Below are positions 36,601 through 44,730 of a DNA stretch of 64,000 nt, in pieces (position 1 is the stretch's first letter; every line of letters starts with the position of its first letter). The notes beneath the pieces were generated by a model. That model did not search any database. It was not told where the DNA came from and saw only the letters and a list, made by a program, of their open reading frames with translations. The stretch covers positions 33,604 to 97,603 of the forward strand of contig CANQKH010000001.1 in the NCBI GenBank assembly GCA_947624415.1, read 5' to 3'. Position numbers and translations under genes: made by a program. The stretch comes from an uncultured Clostridia bacterium. Lineage in GTDB: Bacteria > Bacillota > Clostridia > Christensenellales > UBA1242.

Positions 36601-39600
36601 TATTTTAAATAGTTATGCAAGTTCGCTTGATTCAAAAGACCCAGAGGCTGGGACAACATTGTCAATGATAAGATTGCTTACCGATAATTCTCGACTTGGA
36701 ATAGGCAATGATGGAGATTTATTTGATGATTATGGGGCAACTATTCCGGCAGGAGAATATATGCTTACTGCTTATCAAAGGGGATTTGCAAACAATGTTC
36801 AATCTGAGCCAAGCGATAGTAGAATTCCTGTTTATATTTCCCCAGCACCAACTTGCGAATTAAAGGCAGAGGATAAAAACGGGAAAACGAACTACTTTGC
36901 AGAATTTAGACCAGAACAAACACAAAGACTTGTAAATGGAGAATATGCATTGCAAGATGCGGCAACTGTTTACAAGATGGTTATAAGAAGAATTGAATAT
37001 AGTTCTGTATCCTTTGATAATTTAATTGAACTTGATATTCAAAAGGAAGAAGATGGATGGCATTTCTCTAGCAGCGATATCGACATAGAAAATGTAATAG
37101 AGACGCTTGACAATGGAAACTTTAAAATAAATATGACCCAGTTAAGCAAGGAAATAACCCAACCTAAATTTAGTAGCATAAGGTCAAAACTAAGATTTAA
37201 CGAAGAATTACAGGTTGATGTTTATGCGTGTGGAAATGATACTGGAAAGGTTATAAATGGAAAGAGTTCAAAATTCAAAATTACTTATCTTGAACTATTT
37301 GACTCAAATATCCAATTTAATAATGGTGTTATAAGTGTAAATAGTCCTGATGCAACAAAGGACTTCAAACTACTTGTTAAATATAAGCATGAAGCCAGTG
37401 AGTTAACTCCAGAGACTTTGACATTTGGCAAAGAGGGAAGCACTACTATCGACTTGAAAAATGCAGGAAGATATGAATATATTTTAGTTTCGCTTAGTGG
37501 TTCATCTTCAAAAGAAGCACTTGTTGTTGAAAGTCAAACCTACCTGATTGCGGGCAAGACGACAGAAGATGGATACAGAGAGGGACTTTACAAACTTGCT
37601 AGGCCAGAACTTACAACTGAAAACAATAGATTGCTTATTGATTACAATATTGAATTTGATGAAGATTTTGTAAAGAACTTAGAGAAATTGAAGTTCTATA
37701 TGGCAAACAATGTTTCCCTTGACCCCGAATATGAGGGAGAAGACGCTCAATACTATTATGAAAGTGCATATGCAGAAAGGGGAATTATTGAAAATTGTAG
37801 TTATGTTATTGGTGCACTTAAAGGACCAAACGAGGCAAAATTCCCTTCAGAACTAACGGCAAATCAATTCTTTGCATATCTAGGTGGAAACAGTGGAAAA
37901 TTCACCTCAGTAAAATGCGATGATTTTGAGGGGGCTGAATACGAGTTAAAACTTTATGATGGTGGAGAAGAGGTAAGCCCAATTCTCACTTCTGACATAA
38001 AGGATATAAGGGCTCGAATGCTTCCTTCAATAACGGGATATAATATAAACCAAGGAAATGTGGACATATTATACTTAGGCGACACATCGCAGAAAGTATA
38101 TGATGGTGTTGGTGCAAACAAAGAAGAAGGCACGCTTATATATGAAATCAAGGTGCTTTATTATCTTAGCAGACAGGAAAGCAGTGTGGCTGGAACGGAA
38201 GATGTTTATTATAGTGAAATCTCACCTTTCTCCACAACATTCCCAGGCCTTGAATTTGATACAGATTATGAATTTTATCGCTTAAAAATAACTATATATG
38301 GAGCAAAACACTCAACTAAGGCGACAAAAGATGCAGTTGAGAGTATGCAAGGAAATTATTTCTTGTTGAAAGACAGCATTTATTATGATGACGAGTTTGG
38401 AACACAAGTTGTAATGGGACTTACAAAACAAACCTCTATATTCACAAAGACGAACACTCCTTACCTTGACCAAACAAGGACGGGTGCAGGCGTTCGAAGA
38501 GGCGAGATAACATTCATGATTGACAGAACGGTTTACTTCGATACTGCTCCAGAAGAGGGCGATACAATAGAAGAAGAAACTCAGGAAAGACTTTCAGTTT
38601 ATGCAGATTACACTACTGTTGAAAACAAGCAAATGACTGTAAAACTTGAAGGAACATTCACATTCTTAGAGGATTCGCTTGAACAAGATAAAGTCAGGGT
38701 TGTATTTGTTCCAGACATGGGACAACTACTAGACAATTCTGGTGGTGCGATTATTTTAAGAATTTATGCTTATGGCAAAGACACAATTATTTCATCGCCA
38801 TTAAGAATAACTGAGGTTTATAGACTGGCAAATATTGATGAAATTTATTACGATATTGAACTTGATAAAGATGGATACACTTATATCAACTTCGAGAAAT
38901 ACTTTGATTTTAAGGTTAACAACAACAATTCATGCTATAAGATTGTAGTTAATATGCTTGATAATGACAATGAAACTAAAACCACAGAACTTACTGTAAA
39001 TTCTGGTGTAAAACGTATTGCAATTTTGCCTGAGTTTAAAAAATTGACAATGAGAGTTGTTGATGCTCAGGAAGACACAGAGACTAATGCTAAGAAATTG
39101 CTTATAAGTGATCAGGGCGAGTTAAATATTGATGTAACTTCTACTGAGGGACTGGAATTTACTTGGGACAACACCTACAAACGTTTTGAGTGGAAGTGGG
39201 GCGATGAAACATTGCCAAAAGAATACTTTATAAGCATGAGGATAAAGGGAAGACTGGAAGAGGCATTTACTACAAACCTTTACTATATGCCAAAGCGAAT
39301 GGGAACAATTGCAGCACAAAGCATAAAACTTAAAATGAGAACGATAGGTGAGCAGGCAAACACAATATATATTTACAGTAATGATGTGCTTTATGGCGAA
39401 GAGGAAGATATAGATTATTCAATCTTTGCCGATGGAGAAGGAACGGTAGATGCACCTTATGAAATTAGAAGCAAAGATAACTTCAAAAATATGGCGATAA
39501 GGAATGACAAGGACGTTCACTTCAAGATCATGGAACCTTTGGGTCTTGATGTTTCAGAAATGTATGTTGATGGGCATCATTTGTTTGAATCATTCTATGC

Positions 39601-40627
39601 TTCACTTGATGGCGGAAAAAATACTATATCTATAAACAGTGATAAAGTATTTACAACAAAGACTGTATCATTTAATGTTTATGGATATGCAAGGGATGAC
39701 GTGAATTTCAGCAATTACTCATCTCTCTTCAAGAGAATTGAAAATGGGGCATCAATTAAGAACTTATCTATTAATTACAGTATAAATTACACAGAACTTT
39801 CAGATAGTTACTTGATATTTGCACCACTTGCCTATGAAAATAATGGCTTAATAGAAAACGTTACGTTAAATGAAGTTGCAAGCATTAATATTGGCGGTGT
39901 TGATGGCGGAAATGGTGGTTCAAGCAACAGAGTGTTTATTGGTGGTATTGTTGGAATAAACTACTCAAAGATGAGTAAATGTGAAAATATTGCAAACATT
40001 GAATACAAAACACCTCAAATGTTAAATGTAAATCTCGCATTTGCAGGTATTGCACTATTCAATCGTGTAGCAATAGACACAGTATCCAATGCAATTGAAG
40101 ATTGCACTAACAATGGAAATATAACTCTTATAACTGCTTCAACTCAAGACATAGTAATGCATATTGCCGGTATAACATTATTAAATGAAGGTGGCAAGAT
40201 TGCATATTGCGGAAATAATGGTAATTTCATGTTCAAATCAGAAAACGGAGGTAGTCTAACTTGTGTTGGTGGCGGTATTGTCATAACCAATTCAATTGGA
40301 AGCCTTGAATATCTATACAACAATGGTCAAATACAATCAGTCAGCGGTATAGAACGTTTTGGAGGAATTGCATATGAGGTCAATAATAACAGCACGATAG
40401 ACACACTTGTAAGCACTGTTGCAGGACAAAAACTTATTGCAGGCATTGCGCCAAATACAAACACGCGTGGTGAAAATTATTATGGCTCAGACAACTCTTC
40501 GACATCTGGCTTGACGGTTAAGTCATTAAGTTCAATTGCCGACTCATTAACAATTCCTGGCGAGGGTGGAAGAAGTTTGCAGATTGAGAGAAGCAACAGA
40601 AATTATATTGCCAAAATAATTTATTAA
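30623..40627 (+). CDS. Giant surface lipoprotein (3334 aa): Big_2 domain, many FN3/Ig-like modules, C-terminal GLUG-motif region
   Basis: MKKKMFLLLMLVLLPFGLFTAC lipobox. Big_2-like VVGVDAKDVKFVSSNEDIL. At least 8 modules with the x-W-x(5-12)-Y-x-[IV] signature (LSWADDENATKYKLSI, FSWEALDEHYTCSYEYKIY, VTWENTDDLTEKYYFSI...). C-terminal GGIVGINY, AGIALFN, AGITLLNEGG, GGGIVITN (GLUG-like), nt ~39420-40400. Confidence 0.85.
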   Translation: MKKKMFLLLMLVLLPFGLFTACNSKPSIKGDFKKSEYTISLSNEIGFLNEFDVVGVDAKDVKFVSSNEDILSPKADGVFEGIASGNAYIFARINNKNIAKAKVNVKYKFSSPQNLKMSEGVFTFDPSYIIKDNKQIIAKRHELKYKIDDGEEESVVIENGETSYTFTQKGVYEISLRALGDDAEKIDASNEKTGIFTLGVMMPATDFNYVCSESLNQNTQFTWQCDEDQVLFDIYIDGLRVEKDLTNRAFEYNFNAYAENSLISLKIVSKDVEGKRDDTSIEFMLNVLPTPEIDYIFNNDGYLSWADDENATKYKLSIFDENELSQEIRDFSQGASLVEYLDDMSEGVYKVNVMAIGGIKNGKNSLNSKLSNDIEVGKLAVKKPEVKFEGNTAKIKFQEDEYVTNYRISCEGRDMLYDTTNGDTAEFDLSFLSAGEHYLQFTALPTPDQNSQTKVKEFRFNSKIVSRVVNSQTLDYKIYKLGDFTTIYHNLSLGTSILTFNAIPDANYYKVYVNDQFIKTHTTTSTNLISIELDLENPNESNKYEIKVVAGHEEDDVDIAILSEGQKTIEILPTVKASESQGDNYFSWEALDEHYTCSYEYKIYKTNSSFDKASRQFVGEEDKPTKTSDTRTEELDEGYYEIEITSITEDDGYFLSSNFHDEDGFVTYQFIVKKTIESPEVTFSEEGGLHLDIKVKAHTGKVTVRVDGETIEYPPFSSEKDEVTYYFDQRYVDEKFKTAKTYYIEVESSAGTLYDNTLYTPSQPTTIHVTRIKNPRIEVEDKYDNFDKLNHQILHIIDETKLSKEAIVLLSGSQKSCEEGFDLNLFDQAKYYDLDLFDQAEYGGNFVLNMTLKAKEGEGNEYYISSIPTDYKFRRIATPSLLKYEEGLVTWENTDDLTEKYYFSITLTNSLSSTTSRRFFLENPAETEFEFQNYINEILKSDDESDVQFANAYNMAEGIEIEVVAYKNGYNEDEDQYILCSANANAVMGGSILRLEALKAPVLEFDKAEGIIKWNKENINENLRERCKYDIYVNGSPAPIIENYTSTSISKDELADDYTQGVTIEIRVRHPEQLDSKLSSPIYIKKLISPSKVIVGVNSGNYTLSIPVEDSTLTQSVKLNEEEINDFKTGNTTAYTQLIDKQGEQTIIFVAIEGRNNNYYIDSDPVTINLVNLSNQEFTAEIEGNDLVWSNPCEDWETGNDGILKYRMSVVVNKESVNNSRTYELEYFNEFYDQDLKKSTMTLEKFEQEVFEKCNGGKLSQKVAITVSALISREYQCNVGEGTTIYYGNCKSELSVDKLESVGEVSFEVVNNKNTNLSQIEKMANSSIKITFNDVWTGKYDNIKFKIKFLDLKLPNDEEEYVLNANIEENLESIYRTFEYKDGKFSLTIIPQAIAALGNDYAIKPGNTNFTIQVCREGSIDSDLKEDLYFQKFDVPRSQINDDGLLTVDPIDDAEFYVEIKCGEDVFERNLEENRLDLMQEILLGKSGTYSVKILAFSSKPILPSSIMEKSGDKLKGIEDIYIDEFGIINIQLFQEEDGKDNILFEAYREDGGEPKAFTPTPVQDTTALYQYSLLDMLYTFNTNLSYDTGKQQFYITIRDNSLESIKSDSKLIEFFYSTEKEEDDAALQKINSLDKDYIIYNINNNVPTTGFVIDVTFTKYTEKIVEPPEPEPEPTDPDEPGEGDLDISVQQRSVEIVEELVTIRVFKRADEVRGFWAKSTEDESDKGVFVTEKDNTQKSKYQECFAICIGDILSSIEDEVGGKVKIKVSRVGEKDGKVQFSPTIFDVYHLNAVENAEVTNNSVRMDWENQFGDEIAPNQYLIYLLTDNKIIKRYYSSEKYLDLTKIDILEGTTYTLQIRAISFENTIISSDLGSDELTFKKYHKPMAIEVRDGKLMFKKESFEKSKFIEDINTVFGASSTGGKAYYQLIMEETISYQDPVDFEPGNLASQDIVLQFEKLGSLETYTMRVKAYKLFPDVDITTRGSIKRSYVDILNSYASSLDSKDPEAGTTLSMIRLLTDNSRLGIGNDGDLFDDYGATIPAGEYMLTAYQRGFANNVQSEPSDSRIPVYISPAPTCELKAEDKNGKTNYFAEFRPEQTQRLVNGEYALQDAATVYKMVIRRIEYSSVSFDNLIELDIQKEEDGWHFSSSDIDIENVIETLDNGNFKINMTQLSKEITQPKFSSIRSKLRFNEELQVDVYACGNDTGKVINGKSSKFKITYLELFDSNIQFNNGVISVNSPDATKDFKLLVKYKHEASELTPETLTFGKEGSTTIDLKNAGRYEYILVSLSGSSSKEALVVESQTYLIAGKTTEDGYREGLYKLARPELTTENNRLLIDYNIEFDEDFVKNLEKLKFYMANNVSLDPEYEGEDAQYYYESAYAERGIIENCSYVIGALKGPNEAKFPSELTANQFFAYLGGNSGKFTSVKCDDFEGAEYELKLYDGGEEVSPILTSDIKDIRARMLPSITGYNINQGNVDILYLGDTSQKVYDGVGANKEEGTLIYEIKVLYYLSRQESSVAGTEDVYYSEISPFSTTFPGLEFDTDYEFYRLKITIYGAKHSTKATKDAVESMQGNYFLLKDSIYYDDEFGTQVVMGLTKQTSIFTKTNTPYLDQTRTGAGVRRGEITFMIDRTVYFDTAPEEGDTIEEETQERLSVYADYTTVENKQMTVKLEGTFTFLEDSLEQDKVRVVFVPDMGQLLDNSGGAIILRIYAYGKDTIISSPLRITEVYRLANIDEIYYDIELDKDGYTYINFEKYFDFKVNNNNSCYKIVVNMLDNDNETKTTELTVNSGVKRIAILPEFKKLTMRVVDAQEDTETNAKKLLISDQGELNIDVTSTEGLEFTWDNTYKRFEWKWGDETLPKEYFISMRIKGRLEEAFTTNLYYMPKRMGTIAAQSIKLKMRTIGEQANTIYIYSNDVLYGEEEDIDYSIFADGEGTVDAPYEIRSKDNFKNMAIRNDKDVHFKIMEPLGLDVSEMYVDGHHLFESFYASLDGGKNTISINSDKVFTTKTVSFNVYGYARDDVNFSNYSSLFKRIENGASIKNLSINYSINYTELSDSYLIFAPLAYENNGLIENVTLNEVASINIGGVDGGNGGSSNRVFIGGIVGINYSKMSKCENIANIEYKTPQMLNVNLAFAGIALFNRVAIDTVSNAIEDCTNNGNITLITASTQDIVMHIAGITLLNEGGKIAYCGNNGNFMFKSENGGSLTCVGGGIVITNSIGSLEYLYNNGQIQSVSGIERFGGIAYEVNNNSTIDTLVSTVAGQKLIAGIAPNTNTRGENYYGSDNSSTSGLTVKSLSSIADSLTIPGEGGRSLQIERSNRNYIAKIIY

Positions 40628-40646
40628 AGAAAGAATGTCAATTTTG

Positions 40647-40677
40647 AAGAATATCAATTTTGATATTCTTTTTTTTA
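40647..40677 (+). terminator. Rho-independent terminator after the giant gene
   Basis: AAGAATATCA (40647-40656) pairs with TGATATTCTT (40661-40670), 4-nt loop, T-run to 40676. Confidence 0.8.
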
Positions 40678-40699
40678 AAGTTGCTTAATATGATATTTT

Positions 40700-41548
40700 A
40701 TGAAAAAATTATCTTATTTTATAATATTATTGTTTACAATGTCGTTTTTGACGGGCTGTAATCAAAAAAGTGAAACAACGCAAATTTCCAGTGAATATAT
40801 CCTTCTTGCTGTAAGCAATAATGGCAGTTCGATTTGTCAAAGTGTGCGTTTTGGGGTTGATGGGACAAAAATATCGCATATTTGCTCATCTTTAAAGGAG
40901 GAATTAGATTTTAGAAAATCTTTAATATCAAAAGTAGAGACTTTACGAAATGAAATGCTCATGTCTTTTGCAATTCAATACTTACAAAACCCGGTGAAGG
41001 AGTATAGGCTTAATAATGGAGTCGTTCTCACAAATGTTGCGTATGACGACAAAAATAGTTGCGTGGGATTTGATGTTATTTTTACATCAAATGGGGCTTG
41101 GCAATATTATCATAAAAGCCCTGATGAAAAAGGTGGCAAGGGTTTCTTTATTGACAGACAGGTAAGCCGAGGAACATTCCCGTTTTCAAGCAAAATGGCA
41201 CAAGAAAATGTTATGGTTGGAGAGAGATATAGAGACCTATTTTTAAGTGCAACTTCGGGCTTTTCCTTTGAAGAAGAATTTAAAAAAGATTTTTCACCGC
41301 AATTTTTATATCTTTATTCAACTCCATTCAGCAAAATAAAGTCTAATGCTACATACAGATATAGGGGCGTTGATAATCTTTATCATCACCTTTGGGTCAA
41401 AGACCAATTGGAGGAAGATGATACAATTTCTTTAAGTGTAACTACAATAAATTATGGGTGGTGGATTTTGCTTGTGCTTGTAATTTCAATGCTTGGAATG
41501 ACTGTGGGTATAGTAACTATTAAATTGAGCAGAAGGAAAAAGAAATAA
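40700..41548 (+). CDS. Lipoprotein with an additional C-terminal TM anchor
   Basis: MKKLSYFIILLFTMSFLTGC lipobox. C-terminal WWILLVLVISMLGMTVGIVTI + KLSRRKKK. No SD before the ATG. Confidence 0.7.
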   Translation: MKKLSYFIILLFTMSFLTGCNQKSETTQISSEYILLAVSNNGSSICQSVRFGVDGTKISHICSSLKEELDFRKSLISKVETLRNEMLMSFAIQYLQNPVKEYRLNNGVVLTNVAYDDKNSCVGFDVIFTSNGAWQYYHKSPDEKGGKGFFIDRQVSRGTFPFSSKMAQENVMVGERYRDLFLSATSGFSFEEEFKKDFSPQFLYLYSTPFSKIKSNATYRYRGVDNLYHHLWVKDQLEEDDTISLSVTTINYGWWILLVLVISMLGMTVGIVTIKLSRRKKK

Positions 41549-41555
41549 ATTTGTT

Positions 41556-41584
41556 TTGAAAAGTAAGTTCAATTATGATATACT
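41556..41584 (+). promoter_or_regulatory. Near-consensus sigma-A promoter positioned for a leaderless ABC transporter mRNA
   Basis: TTGAAA (41556-41561), 17-nt spacer ending in TGa, TATACT (41579-41584), 6 nt, then ATG at 41591. No SD. Confidence 0.55.
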
Positions 41585-41590
41585 ATCTTT

Positions 41591-42499
41591 ATGGGAAATA
41601 TTTTGGAGATTGAAAACTTAGAAAAAAGTTTTAAAGATGTAAAGGCAGTGGATGGTATCTCCTTTTGCGTGAAAGAGGGTCAACTTTTTGCGTTTTTGGG
41701 CTTAAATGGTGCAGGCAAAAGCACAACTATTAATATAATTTGCTCGTCATTGCAAAAAGATTGTGGCAAGGTGATAATAGATGGCTATGACATAGATAAA
41801 GATATGGACAAAATCAAATCAATTTTGGGAGTTGTATTTCAAAATTCGCTATTGGACGGGAATTTGTCTGTTCGCGACAACCTTTTTTACAGAGGAAAAA
41901 TGTATGGGATAGAAAATTCTGATTTGTTGAAAAGAATAGATTCTCTTGCCCAGCAATTGGAATTTAAAGAAATTTTAAACAGGCAGGTAAACAAATTAAG
42001 TGGTGGTCAAAGAAGAAGAGTGGATATTGCAAGAGCAATAATACATAAGCCAAGATTACTTATTCTAGATGAACCAACCACAGGGCTTGACCCCAAAACA
42101 AGAGTTTTAGTGTGGGATTTGCTTAATAAATTACGTTTACAAAGCAATTTGACTATATTTTTAACAACTCACTATATGGAAGAGGCAGGTGAAGCCGATT
42201 ACATTGTCATACTGGATAACGGAAAAATTGTTGCACAGGACACTCCAAACAACTTGAAAAATAGGTATGGCCATGATTTTATAAAAATTTATAAATATAA
42301 AGAAGAATTGATTGAAGCATTAAGCGATTATAATTACAAAAAGGAAAAAGAGGTTTTAATAGTTGAATTGAGCAAAATAAGGGAAGCACTTGAATTTATA
42401 TCAAAATTTAAGGACTATATTGATGATTTTGAGGTGATAAAAGGCAAAATGGACAGTGTTTTCTTGACGGTTACCGGCAAAAACCTTGGGGAGATATAA
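41591..42499 (+). CDS. ABC transporter ATP-binding protein (ABC-2/DrrA-like)
   Basis: Walker A GLNGAGKST, signature LSGGQRRRV, Walker B LLILDEP. Confidence 0.9.
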   Translation: MGNILEIENLEKSFKDVKAVDGISFCVKEGQLFAFLGLNGAGKSTTINIICSSLQKDCGKVIIDGYDIDKDMDKIKSILGVVFQNSLLDGNLSVRDNLFYRGKMYGIENSDLLKRIDSLAQQLEFKEILNRQVNKLSGGQRRRVDIARAIIHKPRLLILDEPTTGLDPKTRVLVWDLLNKLRLQSNLTIFLTTHYMEEAGEADYIVILDNGKIVAQDTPNNLKNRYGHDFIKIYKYKEELIEALSDYNYKKEKEVLIVELSKIREALEFISKFKDYIDDFEVIKGKMDSVFLTVTGKNLGEI

Positions 42500-43398
42500 T
42501 GCAAGAGTTAAATAAATTAAGATACTTAGTTTCGCGTAATATTAAGTTATATTTTAAGGATAAATTCACCTTTTTTATTTCACTCGCAACGCCACTTATA
42601 TTAGTAGTGCTTTTTTTGACTTTTTTGCGGTCTGTGTATGAGAATTCAATAATAAGTTCTCTTCCGCAAGGGGTTACGCTTGATAGAAGTATAATAAATG
42701 CTTTTACAGGTGGCTGGCTGTTTTCATCAATACTTTCAGTTTCCTGTATAACAGTTGCTTTTTGCTCCAACATGATGGTTGTCGATAAATTAAATAAAAC
42801 GCGGGAAGATTTTTTAGTTTCGCCTGTCAAGAAAACGACTTTGCTTTCAAGTTATACAATATCCAATTTTATAACGACATTTATAATTGGCGCAATAGTA
42901 TTTATAGTTTCATTAATTTATCTTGCTATTGTTGGATTTTATCTGTCATTTGTTGACATTTTGCTAATTCTTGCAAATTTGATTATAATGATTGCATTTG
43001 GGTCAATTTTATCATCAATTATAGGACTTTTCATAAGCAGTCAGGGTGCATTTAGTGCAGTTTCCTCACTTGTGTCTTCAATGTATGGCTTTATTTGTGG
43101 TGCATATATGCCAATTGCTTCGTTTGGAAAAGGAATGAAATATTTTGTATGCTTTCTTCCAGGAACGTATGGGACAATTCTTTTTCGCCAATCATATATG
43201 CGCGGTGCATTAAATAATATAAGCGAAAGGGTGTCGCCCGAGGTTGCAGAAGTGATACGTTCAAGTTTTGATGGCAAACTAGAAGTGTTTGGCAATGTAA
43301 TTCCATCATGGGCAATGTTTTTAATTGTTGGCGGATGCACGTTGGCTTTATTTGCACTTTATATGCTTTTGTCGTATTTTAAAAGAAAGAAATCTTAA
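42499..43398 (+). CDS. ABC-2 type transporter permease
   Basis: 299 aa, about 6 hydrophobic segments. The start ATG overlaps the upstream TAA by 1 nt. SD GGGGAG. Confidence 0.8.
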   Translation: MQELNKLRYLVSRNIKLYFKDKFTFFISLATPLILVVLFLTFLRSVYENSIISSLPQGVTLDRSIINAFTGGWLFSSILSVSCITVAFCSNMMVVDKLNKTREDFLVSPVKKTTLLSSYTISNFITTFIIGAIVFIVSLIYLAIVGFYLSFVDILLILANLIIMIAFGSILSSIIGLFISSQGAFSAVSSLVSSMYGFICGAYMPIASFGKGMKYFVCFLPGTYGTILFRQSYMRGALNNISERVSPEVAEVIRSSFDGKLEVFGNVIPSWAMFLIVGGCTLALFALYMLLSYFKRKKS

Positions 43399-43542
43399 CT
43401 TCAAATAAGAAAATTTCACAAAAATATGTTAAAATTCTTTAAAAAACCTTTAAAAATTGCAAATTTTTACTATTTTTTGGAAAATAAGGAAATGGCGTTG
43501 ACTATTTATTATAATTATTATAAACTTAAAAGAGAGGAAAAA

Positions 43543-43953
43543 ATGAGAGTTAGTTCGAGAGCGATAATAATTGAGAATGGAAAACTTTTAACAATGTTTA
43601 GAAGAAAGTTTTATGAGGGCAAGTGGAAAGAATATTATGTTATTCCAGGCGGTGGCTTGGAAGAGGGAGAAACGCTTGAAGAAAATGTTGTGCGTGAGTT
43701 AAAAGAGGAAATGAATGTAGACATAAGAGTTTTGAAGTTTATTGGAAACCAGCAATTTGAGAACAGAGAAGATAACTATTTTCTTTGTGAAATAATTGCA
43801 GGCACGCCTAAACTTGGTGGAGAAGAACTTGAAAGAATGACCAATGAAAACTATTATGAGCCACGATATATTGAAATTGATAAACTTGAAGAATATGACA
43901 TACAAGGGAAGGAATTAATATTAAAGGCAAACAGACTGAAAAGGAACTTGTAG
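43543..43953 (+). CDS. NUDIX hydrolase
   Basis: Nudix box GGGLEEGETLEENVVRELKEEMNV. ATG at 43543 follows AGAGAGGA. The track extension from 43426 lies in promoter-like AT-rich DNA. Confidence 0.85.
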   Translation: MRVSSRAIIIENGKLLTMFRRKFYEGKWKEYYVIPGGGLEEGETLEENVVRELKEEMNVDIRVLKFIGNQQFENREDNYFLCEIIAGTPKLGGEELERMTNENYYEPRYIEIDKLEEYDIQGKELILKANRLKRNL

Positions 43954-43976
43954 TTAACAATTGGGGAATTTGAAAA

Positions 43977-44005
43977 AAGAACATCAAATTTGATGTTCTT
44001 TTTTT
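43977..44005. terminator. Bidirectional terminator (near-twin of the one at 40647)
   Basis: AAGAACATCA (43977-43986) pairs with TGATGTTCTT (43991-44000), 4-nt loop, A-run before and T-run after. Confidence 0.75.
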
Positions 44006-44138
44006 AGACAAGCACAAATAACATGAGTTTGAGATAGTCTCAAATATTTGTGTAAAGTGCTTTGAAACATTAAAAAACGAAAGAATATTATGTTTTTTTG
44101 ATTTATTTTGTAAAAATTTAATGTTTTTTGTGAAATTT

Positions 44139-44720
44139 TTAACAATTTTCACTTTTAAATTTTAAATATGCCTTTTTGTAAGAAAAGTCCTTGCCAAGGT
44201 TTAATCCCAAACTTTTCAGCATAGAAGTCATAATGTTTATTTTTTGAGTGGGTGAGAGACCCTTCATTTTTTCGTTTTCCTCAAATTCTATAAACATTCC
44301 AAGATTGTCGACAATTTGCAAATCAATTTCAAATTCATTGTTTTTATATAAATAATTTTTGTCTTCAATGTGGCACCATTCATTCAATCCTGCCAGCAAA
44401 AAAATTTGCCTTGCTTTTTCTACGTCATCGATTGTCAAATTGATTTTTTCCTCTCCGACAACAGTATCAAGATTGTCAACATTTATTTTTTTGTAAGTTA
44501 TATTTTGTTGAATATTGTTGCCAATACATTGACGCAAAAGTATGGAATTATTGATAATTTCAATAAATTTCATGTTTTTTAGCACTTTTTTATCAAATTT
44601 TGAGAAATATCTGTCATTAAGTGTCCATTCCTCAACTAATTCGAATCCATTTTCACGCAATATATTTTTAGTTTCTTCTATGGAATTTAAAACTTCAACT
44701 GTTACTTCTGTTTTCTGCAT
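44139..44720 (-). CDS. CYTH-like (CyaB/ThTPase fold) protein with a non-canonical N-terminal signature
   Basis: 193 aa. TEVTVEVL lies where EiEiK is expected. ...RENGFELVEEWTLNDRYF... and LGMFIEFE resemble CyaB-type CYTH strands. SD AAGGAG. Confidence 0.4.
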   Translation of the reverse strand: MQKTEVTVEVLNSIEETKNILRENGFELVEEWTLNDRYFSKFDKKVLKNMKFIEIINNSILLRQCIGNNIQQNITYKKINVDNLDTVVGEEKINLTIDDVEKARQIFLLAGLNEWCHIEDKNYLYKNNEFEIDLQIVDNLGMFIEFEENEKMKGLSPTQKINIMTSMLKSLGLNLGKDFSYKKAYLKFKSENC

Positions 44721-44730
44721 TATAACTCCT

